Part shown: positions 16,487 through 25,255 of the stretch, piece by piece | Layout of the letters: each line of letters begins with the position of its first letter | Numbering within the stretch: position 1 is the stretch's first letter | IMG/VR virus record: IMGVR_UViG_3300024999_000004 | Coordinates: 29,596 to 93,595 of that record | Length of the DNA: 64,000 nucleotides | Strand: one strand, 5' to 3' | DNA from: a virus | Position numbers and translations under genes: made by a program | The notes under the pieces: generated by a model | Database searches by the model: none | What the model was told of the DNA's origin: nothing | Seen by the model: only the letters and a program-made list of their open reading frames with translations

Positions 16487-18682
16487 ATGGAATTCAAGCA
16501 GTTCAAGAAGGCTCTTCAGGACCACGTTGCGGTTATGTTGTCAGGAGGGGATCAGCTCTTCCTTGTCAATATCCCCGACTTTCCCCCTGTGCCGGGGAAC
16601 ACCGCACCCGGGGCCAATTCTCGCCTGTGGAACACCTACCTCAACACCTTCCCCGCAGGCACCAACGAAATCTTCCGCGAGCGAAGGGAGTACGATTGCA
16701 GTGCCTGCAGATCCTTCATCAAGGAGCACAACGGCACCGGGCTCTCCTCCGGGGGTATCGGCAACGTAGTCACGATCAAGGAAGGGAAGATAACTTCCAT
16801 TTGGGACTTCTGGGATTCCTTGCCCGAAGACAGCGAGTACAAGCCCTCGGTAAAAGCAATGTCCGCTATCGTGCGTCATGCTGCCATGGCCGAGGACGGG
16901 ATCTCCGATGTCTTTGTCTATCAGTCCCCCTCCTTCGGCATCGACAAGAACAGGGAGGAGGCCACAGACGGGAGTATCCTCACTTGGGAGCACCTGCACG
17001 TGAAGCTCCCTCCCGCCTACGCTTCCAAATGCTCCTCTTCCGTCGCCCCCGCGACAGCGGCCTTCCGCGACGCCCGCAACGTCTTCAAGCGTTCCCTGGA
17101 CGAGATCACCATCGATTCCACAGAGACCGTGCTCGAACTCATCGCATCCAATTCCCTGTACAAAGGAGAGGAAAATACCGGCCTTCTTCAGGCCTTCCTT
17201 GCCCTCCAGAAGGAGTACAACAACCTTCATGCGGATGGTCCTGCGCGTTCCCTGTACGCTTGGGAGAAATCCGTCCTCATAGGACCCGCGCTCGCCAAGA
17301 TCCGGAATCACGCCATCGGGACGCTCCTGACCGACATATCCTGCGGAGTAGACTTGGACGAAGCCGTCCGCAAGTTCGAGGCCATGGTCGCCCCCGCCAA
17401 CTACAAGCGGCCCAAGGCCATCTATACACAGGCGATGCTCAAAGCTGCCGAGGAGACCGTCTCCTCCCTCGGGTATTTTCCTTCCCTGAAGCGCCGCCAT
17501 GCGAAGCTGGACGACATCTCGGTCGGCAACGTTTTGTTTGCCGACCGAGATGCCGCGCCCTTGATAGCAGGGGACGTATTTTCCTCCATGAAGGAAGAAG
17601 CCGCTGCGGTAAACCCCAAGAACTTCTCCAAGGTGGAGGAAGTGGGCATCGATACCTTCGTATCCGACATCCTGCCGTCCTCGGCTTCCTGTTCCCTGCT
17701 TCTCGAAGCCCGCCATTGCGGCAACCTCGTCTCCCTCATCGCCCCCGAGGATAAGGACGCGCCTTCCATGTTCAAATGGCCCAACGGCTTCTCCTGGGCC
17801 TACGCGGGCAACATGGCCGATTCCATGAAGCAAAGGGTCAAGGAAGCCGGAGGGAAAGTGGACGGGGACCTCCGATTCTCGATCCAGTGGAACGATGACC
17901 CACAGAATCCTTTGGCTGACCAGAATGATCTGGACGCGCACTGCATCGAACCCGGAGGCAATGAAATCTACTACGGCACGGCGAAGGGCAGAGCCATTCA
18001 TCGCTCGGGAGGAGAGCTGGACGTGGATATCCGCGTTCCCGGAATGTCTGTCGCCGTGGAGAACATCACGTGGCCGGACAGGGACCGGATGCCCGAGGGT
18101 GTCTACAAGTTGTTCGTCCGTAATTTCGACCATCGCGGAGGCAGGACCGGCTTCAAGGCCGAGGTCGAATTCGACGGCCAGATTCATTCCTTTGTCTACG
18201 GGAAGGAAGTGAAGCAAGCCCAGAACGTTCAGGTAGCCGAGGTGATGTACAGCAGATTGGGGGGTTTTGATATCGTCGAGAAGATTCCCTCCGAACTGGG
18301 GGCGGGCTCTTCCCGCAAGGTGTGGGGCGTCAACACCAATACCTTTGTTCCCGTGGTCGCGGCCATGCACAGCCCGAATTTCTGGCTTGATTTCTCCAGT
18401 GATGAAGCAGAGCGGGCCTTACGAACGGGAGTCGGCAACAAGCACTTCTTCTTCATGCTCAAAGGTTGCGTCAATCCCGAGCAGCCCAACGGCTTCTTCA
18501 ACGAGTACCTGAAGGAAGAGTTGATGCAGCACAAGCGGGTCTTCGAGGCCCTGGGCGCGAGGATGAAGGTGGCGGAGAGTCCTGATCAGCTCTCGGGAGT
18601 TGGATTCAGCTCCACGCAGAGGAACCATTTCTTTGCGAAAGTAGAGGGTCGGGTGGCTCGGGTTCTCAAGGTCATGGTTTGA
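16487..18682 (+). CDS. Large conserved phage protein with a YfaP/DUF2135-like C-terminal domain
   Basis: YDCSACRSFIK; DLDAH..EP.G.EIYY...GGELDVD...VENITW motif. Confidence 0.75.
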   Translation: MEFKQFKKALQDHVAVMLSGGDQLFLVNIPDFPPVPGNTAPGANSRLWNTYLNTFPAGTNEIFRERREYDCSACRSFIKEHNGTGLSSGGIGNVVTIKEGKITSIWDFWDSLPEDSEYKPSVKAMSAIVRHAAMAEDGISDVFVYQSPSFGIDKNREEATDGSILTWEHLHVKLPPAYASKCSSSVAPATAAFRDARNVFKRSLDEITIDSTETVLELIASNSLYKGEENTGLLQAFLALQKEYNNLHADGPARSLYAWEKSVLIGPALAKIRNHAIGTLLTDISCGVDLDEAVRKFEAMVAPANYKRPKAIYTQAMLKAAEETVSSLGYFPSLKRRHAKLDDISVGNVLFADRDAAPLIAGDVFSSMKEEAAAVNPKNFSKVEEVGIDTFVSDILPSSASCSLLLEARHCGNLVSLIAPEDKDAPSMFKWPNGFSWAYAGNMADSMKQRVKEAGGKVDGDLRFSIQWNDDPQNPLADQNDLDAHCIEPGGNEIYYGTAKGRAIHRSGGELDVDIRVPGMSVAVENITWPDRDRMPEGVYKLFVRNFDHRGGRTGFKAEVEFDGQIHSFVYGKEVKQAQNVQVAEVMYSRLGGFDIVEKIPSELGAGSSRKVWGVNTNTFVPVVAAMHSPNFWLDFSSDEAERALRTGVGNKHFFFMLKGCVNPEQPNGFFNEYLKEELMQHKRVFEALGARMKVAESPDQLSGVGFSSTQRNHFFAKVEGRVARVLKVMV

Positions 18683-18777
18683 GAGTAGTGGTGTGAAGGG
18701 AGGGAGGAGATTGTTTTGTGGTCTCCTCCCTTTGTTTGAAGTCGCCAAATAGTAGCAGATTTTTCAGGAGGAAACTC

Positions 18778-19107
18778 ATGTTGTACTTTGTTTTCGGAAT
18801 CGTTGCGGCTATCGTTTTGCTCGCCCTGCTTGTGTGGTTGGCAAACGATGCTTGCGAATGGTACAATATCATGGCGGGTGTGCTGGCATTCGTCCTCGGC
18901 GCGTTCATGTTTATCATCCTCGTATGTTACTGCGTCTTCCTGAAAGACTGGATCGGCTCCGAGTACAAAGCCACCGTCTTGAATAGGGAGTATGGGGCCT
19001 CCTACACCCGGGAGGAGATATTCTACGCCTCCGATGTCATTGATACCATTCGGCAGCTTGACCGGACGCGGATGGAGATAAATGGGGATCTGATGAAGAA
19101 AGAGTAA
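18778..19107 (+). CDS. Two-TM membrane protein
   Basis: AGGAGG SD; two hydrophobic helices. Confidence 0.7.
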   Translation: MLYFVFGIVAAIVLLALLVWLANDACEWYNIMAGVLAFVLGAFMFIILVCYCVFLKDWIGSEYKATVLNREYGASYTREEIFYASDVIDTIRQLDRTRMEINGDLMKKE

Positions 19108-19188
19108 GGCGGGATTCCCCGCGCAGGATCTTGAAGGGAGTGTGCGGAGAATTCTTTGCTTGAGGTTGTCGTCTGAGAAAGAATCTTA

Positions 19189-19217
19189 TTGACATCCAAT
19201 CTCTGATGTGATACACT
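19189..19217 (+). promoter_or_regulatory. sigma70 promoter
   Basis: TTGACA-17-TACACT with TG. Confidence 0.8.
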
Positions 19218-19239
19218 ATCTCTATATGGAGGCCCTAAG

Positions 19240-19632
19240 ATGAAGCACCAGCTCTACAAGAAACAACCGAAGTCGAAGAAAACAAAGAAAGGCACCTACC
19301 CCAAGCTTTACCTCGAAGCGGAAGGCCCCGGCAGGAAGGAAACCCGGAAGCGTTGGAGCATGGCCGGACGCATGTCCTCTACGGGAAAGTTCTTCGGCGG
19401 AGTCAAACCCAAAGCGCTCGCGGGCGAGTTCCTCATGAACAGGTACCTCTCAGGGCGGAACATGGCCTCCTTCCCCTCGTGGTTCGGGTGGAAGAAGAGT
19501 TCCACGATATCCGCCGCCTCCGGGGGGAAGGATGAATACAGGGAGCGGATGAAGGCGGCGCGGGGGCGGTCGTGGTGGTACGATAAAAGGACGGTGCGGC
19601 ATCCTGCTCCGGTGCGGAAGGCTTCAGTCTAG
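19240..19632 (+). CDS. Very basic hypothetical protein
   Basis: GGAGG SD; K/R-rich. Confidence 0.6.
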   Translation: MKHQLYKKQPKSKKTKKGTYPKLYLEAEGPGRKETRKRWSMAGRMSSTGKFFGGVKPKALAGEFLMNRYLSGRNMASFPSWFGWKKSSTISAASGGKDEYRERMKAARGRSWWYDKRTVRHPAPVRKASV

Positions 19633-19673
19633 GAGCCCGGATTCTTTGCACCACGAAGGAAGGAGACCTGAAG

Positions 19674-20672
19674 ATGCTCGCAGCCAAAGCCATACTTGCA
19701 GCAAAGAAACCTGAAGACATCTTCTCTTCTCCTGCCTCTGAAGATTCCTTGAAGAAGGAATTCCGGGCTTTGGCGAAGAAGTGGCATCCTGATGCTTCCG
19801 CCTCACCCCACGTCTCCTTAAACGGTGAAGTGTTCTCCCACATTGCCTCATTGTACGGAAAGGGCCTTGACAAGATTGCTTCAGGCACTTGGGGCGCGGA
19901 GGGGTTGCTCGTATTGGCGGGCAAGAAATACCCCTACCTGTCTAGTTCCCCCACGGATTCCGGAGATGTCTTTGTCGGTGATTCTTTCCTCGCTTACTTT
20001 GTGAAGAAGGAGTATTTCTCTCTCCTGAAGAACATCCCTATGTTGAAGTACAAGGATTCTTCCATGGAAAAGGAGATGAGTCGTTTCTTTGGGAGGGAAA
20101 TATCCGCAACCGCCATAGCGAGGGCCTCCGCACCTGACGGCACCTACCTCCTTTACGAGAAACAGAAGGGTGAGTTTCTTCTCTCCGACGTTGTAAAAGC
20201 AGGCACCATTCCCCCCAAACAAGCGGCATGGATTCTCAGTCGCTTGTACAACATCTCCTGCTATCTTCAATGGAGCGGCCTCGTTCATTGCGACATCAAT
20301 AGCGGCACGATCTTGATTGACCCCGCGAACCACGGACTCCGGCTTGTAGGTGGCTGGTGGAACTGCCACAAGGAAGGAGAGCACCTCTCTTCCTTGCCTT
20401 CCAAGACGTACTCCGTGCTCCCGCAGCGGCTTCTTGAAAAGAAGGAAGCTGTTCACGTTTTCGTGCAGGAGCAGATAAAGGCGGCGGGGAGGGAGATATT
20501 TACCGGGTCGGATGTTCCTGCGGCAATCAGGAATTTCCTCGAACTACCATGTGCCTCGGACAAGTCAGCGCAGTTTTATTTCTCGAAGTGGTATGAGGAT
20601 ATTCTTGGCAAGGCCTTCGGCCCGAAGAAATTCGTGCCCTGGGATCTTTCGGACAAGGATGTGTACAAGTAA
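19674..20672 (+). CDS. J-domain (HPD) fused to a protein-kinase-like domain
   Basis: LKKEFRALAKKWHPD; kinase-like LVHCDIN..TILID; LVGGW at the DFG position. Confidence 0.8.
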   Translation: MLAAKAILAAKKPEDIFSSPASEDSLKKEFRALAKKWHPDASASPHVSLNGEVFSHIASLYGKGLDKIASGTWGAEGLLVLAGKKYPYLSSSPTDSGDVFVGDSFLAYFVKKEYFSLLKNIPMLKYKDSSMEKEMSRFFGREISATAIARASAPDGTYLLYEKQKGEFLLSDVVKAGTIPPKQAAWILSRLYNISCYLQWSGLVHCDINSGTILIDPANHGLRLVGGWWNCHKEGEHLSSLPSKTYSVLPQRLLEKKEAVHVFVQEQIKAAGREIFTGSDVPAAIRNFLELPCASDKSAQFYFSKWYEDILGKAFGPKKFVPWDLSDKDVYK

Positions 20673-20725
20673 GTACTCCCGTACGGGGGTGCTGAGTTTT
20701 CTGATCAGTGAGAAGGAGTAACATT

Positions 20726-20854
20726 ATGGGTTTGGGAATTGACGAGGGATTCAAGGATTACGGCAGTGCCGAAGCGTCCGTGCAGGCTGCCCCGGTAGCC
20801 ACAGAAACCGCCGCAGAAGAAGCCACAGAAACCGCCGTGGAAGGGGAGGCCTGA
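20726..20854 (+). CDS. 42-aa acidic Ala/Glu/Thr-rich peptide (not in ORF track)
   Basis: AAGGAG SD; MGLGIDEGFKDYGSAEASVQAAPVATETAAEEATETAVEGEA; stop 1 nt before the vWA start. Confidence 0.65.
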   Translation: MGLGIDEGFKDYGSAEASVQAAPVATETAAEEATETAVEGEA

Positions 20855-20855
20855 T

Positions 20856-21782
20856 ATGGGAGGAGGAAGCTGGAGCCCGAGTTCATGGGCCACTCACGCA
20901 ACCGCTACCGCGTCGATGTCGCGCTCGGCATTGTACTCAAGCCGGGGCATCAAGAAGGAACTTGACCCCAAGGGCGTTGCCGTCAGGGAATCCCGGGACT
21001 CCACGGAGCACCCTGAATCGACGGCCATTGCCGTGTTCCTCGATGTCACCGGGTCCATGGGGTTCATCGCGGAGAAGATCGCCAAGGAGGGCCTCGGAAC
21101 CTTGTTCCAGGAAATCCTGGACCGCAAGCCCGTGCCCGATCCGCAGCTCCTGTTCGGGGCCATCGGCGACGTAAGGTGCGACAGCGCCCCGCTTCAGGTG
21201 TCCCAGTTCGAGTCCGACAACAGGATCGTGGAACAGCTCACCGGCATCTACCTCGAAAGCGGCGGCGGCGGAAACGACACGGAAAGCTACGATTTCCCTT
21301 GGTACTTCGCGGCAAAGCACATGGCCGCAGATTGCTTCGAGAAGCGTGGCAAGAAGGGTTATTTGTTTACCGTCGGCGACGAGTCCACCCCCGCAGGAAT
21401 CTCCCCGGAGCATCTGAAGGAGTTCCTCGGCAGCGCAGAAGAAATCACCGAGGAACTTTCCGCCGAGGAGCTTCTGGCCATGGCGGAGAAGAAGTGGAAC
21501 TGCTATCACATCATCGTCGAGGAAGGGAACTATTGCAGCTTGCGCGGGCGTGATGCCGTCCTCCGCAAGTGGCAGGATCTCATGGGCCAGCGGGCCGTTC
21601 CCCTTTCTGACTACACCAAGCTTCCTGAAGTCATCATCTCCCTGATCCAGCTTTCCGAAGGAGCTGACAAGAAGAAGGTGGTGGATTCGTGGGACGGTTC
21701 AACGTCGGTAGCGGTCGCCGCTGCTTTGGACGGGATAGTAGCCCGCTCGGGCGGCTCGGGCGCGGGCATGGTCGCCCTTTAG
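20856..21782 (+). CDS. vWA-domain protein
   Basis: MIDAS DVTGSM; GGGGN..ESY; FTVGDE. Confidence 0.88.
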   Translation: MGGGSWSPSSWATHATATASMSRSALYSSRGIKKELDPKGVAVRESRDSTEHPESTAIAVFLDVTGSMGFIAEKIAKEGLGTLFQEILDRKPVPDPQLLFGAIGDVRCDSAPLQVSQFESDNRIVEQLTGIYLESGGGGNDTESYDFPWYFAAKHMAADCFEKRGKKGYLFTVGDESTPAGISPEHLKEFLGSAEEITEELSAEELLAMAEKKWNCYHIIVEEGNYCSLRGRDAVLRKWQDLMGQRAVPLSDYTKLPEVIISLIQLSEGADKKKVVDSWDGSTSVAVAAALDGIVARSGGSGAGMVAL

Positions 21783-21799
21783 GACATAAGGAGAATCGA

Positions 21800-22969
21800 A
21801 TGAAAGGAATCGCCGTCATAGGAGCCAACTACGGAGACGAGGGGAAGGGTCTTATGACGGACTTCCTTTGTGCAAGGGAAGCCAAAGCAGGAAAGCAGGT
21901 ATTCGTTGTCCGGCACAACGGAGGCGCACAGGCGGGGCATACTGTGGTGGCTCCTGCCTCAGAGGGGGGCTTCCGGCATGTCTTCCATCACTTTGGTAGT
22001 GGAACCCTGCAAAGCATCCCCACAATCCTCGCCAAGGATTTCATTCTCAACCCCATATTGTTCCGGAAGGAATACGAGGAGCTTGAAGCTGCGGGGTACG
22101 CTCCCGAGGTTTTCGTAGACGTAAGATGCCGGATAACAACTCCGTGGGACATGGTGTACAACCAAGCACAGGAGGAAGCTAGGTCCCCCGCTGTGGCGGG
22201 AGGAGAGCGGCACGGAAGCTGTGGCGTCGGAATCAACGCCACGGTGGACAGGAATGAGGTGATTCCTTTCACTCGTGAGTCGGGTTGCCTGAGTTCGTTG
22301 GAGAGGATATCCGGGCACTACAAAAACAAGATGTTCCCTGCAGGGGTGCCATCAGAAGCCGAGAATTCTCGATTTTTTATGTCTCCGGGACTGGAAGAGG
22401 TGGGCCACGCATTCAGCTCTGATCTGTACTTCCTGATTAGGCACACTTCCGTCATGGATTATCCTCTTTGTCAACACCCCAATGCGGACAGCTTCACCTT
22501 CATCTTCGAAGGAGCCCAGGGCCTCGGACTCGATGAATATATGGGCTCCTACCCCCATGTCACGAGGTCCAATACGGGCCTGCGGAACGTCGTCGATTTC
22601 TGCCGGGAGCACAAGATAGACCTTGACGAGATTGTCTACGTGACCCGGAGCTACCTCACGAGGCACGGGAATGGGCCCATGGAAGGAACCCTATATTCTG
22701 AAGAAGCGTATTTCGAGGACAAGACGAATGTTCCGAACCCGTGGCAAGGGACTCTTCGTCAGAGTGCCATGGATGAGGAAGCCTACTTCAATATGGCGGA
22801 AAGAGTTGCATGGGATACTCAGTCAGTGGGAATGGGAAGCAAGCCGATATCTTTGGCTATCACTCACAATGACCAATTAACGTCCGAAGATTGGGAGTAC
22901 TCACTTATTCCTGTCAAGTACAAAAGCTTCGGGGAGACGAGGGAAGATGTGAAGGAGACCAAAAAATGA
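21800..22969 (+). CDS. purA: Adenylosuccinate synthetase-like protein (divergent PurA clade)
   Basis: GANYGDEGKG, GGAQAGHT, EGAQG, PHVTRS and TRHGNGP motifs. Confidence 0.88.
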   Translation: MKGIAVIGANYGDEGKGLMTDFLCAREAKAGKQVFVVRHNGGAQAGHTVVAPASEGGFRHVFHHFGSGTLQSIPTILAKDFILNPILFRKEYEELEAAGYAPEVFVDVRCRITTPWDMVYNQAQEEARSPAVAGGERHGSCGVGINATVDRNEVIPFTRESGCLSSLERISGHYKNKMFPAGVPSEAENSRFFMSPGLEEVGHAFSSDLYFLIRHTSVMDYPLCQHPNADSFTFIFEGAQGLGLDEYMGSYPHVTRSNTGLRNVVDFCREHKIDLDEIVYVTRSYLTRHGNGPMEGTLYSEEAYFEDKTNVPNPWQGTLRQSAMDEEAYFNMAERVAWDTQSVGMGSKPISLAITHNDQLTSEDWEYSLIPVKYKSFGETREDVKETKK

Positions 22970-23241
22970 ACAAAACGCCTGTTACTGAACAGGAAATAAA
23001 AGAAATATTCCACTCTTTCCTTCGAAGTAGAATTTCTGCAGGTGGATGGGAAGGCTATGCTTATACTGAATTCTGGAAATACCGAAGCGCATGCAACGAA
23101 TTTCTCGAAGAACATGGTTATAAAGCCAGTTGGGCGTACTTTGAACAAACCCTGTGGGGTAATGGTGGGTGGGGGTACAAGGACAAGATGGCTTGCTACT
23201 TGCGGGTAGTCCCTGCCCACAGTCACTGTGAGACCAAGTAA
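22966..23241 (+). CDS. Hypothetical protein
   Basis: AAGGAG SD; coupling. Confidence 0.6.
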   Translation: MNKTPVTEQEIKEIFHSFLRSRISAGGWEGYAYTEFWKYRSACNEFLEEHGYKASWAYFEQTLWGNGGWGYKDKMACYLRVVPAHSHCETK

Positions 23242-23278
23242 GCCTCTCCTCCGTCCGCCTTCATAAAGGAGCCCACAA

Positions 23279-23773
23279 ATGTCTGATACCGAAGAAAAGA
23301 AACTGATCTGGGTCCCCGCATCATGGGCCACCGAATTCGAGGCCGCTGCTAACGAGGCTGCCCAGCGTAAAGTGATCGACGATATCCTTGCAAACACCAA
23401 GACCTCCATGCGCGGAGACCTCGAACAACTGGAAGAAGATGCCCTCCGATTCAGGGGCCTGCTCCTGGGGTACAAGGAAGCATACTCCAAGGCCCTTCAG
23501 GAACACTTCGACGCCAGCTACAAGGTATGGGAGGATCTGGATTCCAAGATGCCTTCCATGAAGGCGAGTGCGGACAAGCTGTTGCGCGAGTTTTCGGAGG
23601 TCAAGCCTGCGGTGGAGGAGGTTGCCTCCCGAATAGCGATTATTGCAAGGGGAATGGAGAGCGTCAACACGTATCATCTGACCAGGATGATCGATCTTAT
23701 CAAGGCCATCGAAGGCTGCGACGAGAAGACAAAGGATGTCCTGCGGAGGGTGCTTTCGCAGCCTTCTGTTTGA
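23279..23773 (+). CDS. Helical/coiled-coil hypothetical protein
   Basis: AAGGAG SD. Confidence 0.7.
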   Translation: MSDTEEKKLIWVPASWATEFEAAANEAAQRKVIDDILANTKTSMRGDLEQLEEDALRFRGLLLGYKEAYSKALQEHFDASYKVWEDLDSKMPSMKASADKLLREFSEVKPAVEEVASRIAIIARGMESVNTYHLTRMIDLIKAIEGCDEKTKDVLRRVLSQPSV

Positions 23774-23811
23774 AGTCGCAGACTATAGACGGGATTTTTA
23801 AGGAGCCTATC

Positions 23812-24243
23812 ATGGGAACAAACTACTACTGGTACCCCGAGCCCCCGTGCCCTTGCTGCGGGAGGAGACCTGAGCCCGTGCATATCGGGAAATCGAGCGG
23901 AGGCTGGTGCTTTGCTTTGCACGTGTATCCCTTCTCGGAGGACAGCGAACCGGGAACTTTCTCTGTTGATTCTCTCGAAGCATGGAAGAACAGGTTCGAA
24001 ACGGAAGGCTCTTTCATCGAAGATGAATACGGAGATCTTGTATCTGTGGAGACCCTGCTGCAGGCTATAACAGAAAGGAGCGCAAGGACTCCCGATTCTG
24101 CGTATCCGTATTCTTGGTACGAGCAAAACCACGCCGTTCCCGGACCCAACGGCCTTGCGCGTCGTCAGATAGACGGGGACTTCTGCATCGGCCATGCGCC
24201 GGATGACGGGACCTGGGATATTTGCATCGGGGAGTTCTCGTGA
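23812..24243 (+). CDS. Conserved phage protein (MGTNYY...HIGKSS.GW)
   Basis: AAGGAG SD; motif; IEDEYG; ends EFS. Confidence 0.8.
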   Translation: MGTNYYWYPEPPCPCCGRRPEPVHIGKSSGGWCFALHVYPFSEDSEPGTFSVDSLEAWKNRFETEGSFIEDEYGDLVSVETLLQAITERSARTPDSAYPYSWYEQNHAVPGPNGLARRQIDGDFCIGHAPDDGTWDICIGEFS

Positions 24244-24664
24244 TTCTGAGGTTTCCTTTGGATAGCTTTTACTCGGCGCTCAATCCGGGGGATGTGGTTG
24301 ATTACTACGGAGTTTTTCATAAGGTAGTCAGCAATTGCTTGGAAGAAGATGAGGAAGGCATGCTTGTTTGTGCGTTTCAGATGGAGGAAACGTTTCCTGT
24401 CCCGACTCCTCTTTTGAGGGTAAGCAAGAGAGAAATCACTTTTGATATCTGAAGAAGGAGCAAACCATGATCTATAGCGTCGTGATCGGAAGGGCCACAC
24501 GAAAAGGGTCCGAACCCCTTGTTACCAAGTCATGACGGCGCACTACGAGCAGGAACTTGTGAAGGAAGTGAAGAAGATGGCGGACGAGCTGAAGTCACGG
24601 ATTCCCGCAACTATTGCCGAAGAGATATCCAAGACGGTGGTGAAGTATCTCAAGTAGGAGGAGC

Positions 24665-25228
24665 ATGAAATCAAAACGTATGGCTTTATTTCTGGCAGTG
24701 GTATTAATGGCCTCCCGGGCATTCGCCTCCCCTCCCGAGCTTCCGCAGCACCCTCAACCTTTGTCAGAGCCCTATTACTCTTTCGTGATCGATCTCTGCA
24801 CCAAAAATCATCTGGCTTCCACCTACACCCTGAACCTGATATGGGCCGAGAGCCTTAACAACCCGAAAGCCGAGAACTGGAACTACCGGTGGATCAATAC
24901 TTCCAACACAGGAAAAGACGGGAAAACAAAATGGATATGGCGCTATCTCCCCGTATCTTGGGATCGTGGATTCTTCCAGCTCAATCAGGACTCCCTCCCC
25001 GATTTCTCTGTCCGATACAATGGAGGGAAGCCCATAGATCCTTTTGACTGGAAGACCAACCTGAGAGTGGGGATAGCCCATCTCGCATATTGCAGGAAAA
25101 TGACGGGATCGATGTTCGGAGCCGTGGCATCCATGAACATGGGGGAGAGGGGGTATGCCGAGTGGCTGGAAGGGAAGAGGGAGATGAGGTACTCGACCAA
25201 GAGGTTGTTGGAACTGGTGTTTCAGTAA
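24665..25228 (+). CDS. Exported lytic transglycosylase (SLT-like)
   Basis: Signal peptide; catalytic AES; DRGFFQLN; ASMNMG. Confidence 0.75.
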   Translation: MKSKRMALFLAVVLMASRAFASPPELPQHPQPLSEPYYSFVIDLCTKNHLASTYTLNLIWAESLNNPKAENWNYRWINTSNTGKDGKTKWIWRYLPVSWDRGFFQLNQDSLPDFSVRYNGGKPIDPFDWKTNLRVGIAHLAYCRKMTGSMFGAVASMNMGERGYAEWLEGKREMRYSTKRLLELVFQ

Positions 25229-25255
25229 TGCCACTATTTTGAGAGGGAGGACTAG

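Noticed and set aside
16541-18370. 609-aa minus-strand ORF and similar long antisense or alternate-frame ORFs (e.g. 16627..17754, 39487..40575, 41731..42624, 27243..28157)
   Set aside because: Shadows of GC3-biased genes on the coding strand, with no SD or motifs.
21800-22969. PurZ / 2-aminoadenine genome
   Set aside because: It retains the PurA catalytic Asp (GDEGKG, not GSTGKG); no DatZ-like HD gene was seen; adenine MTases are present.
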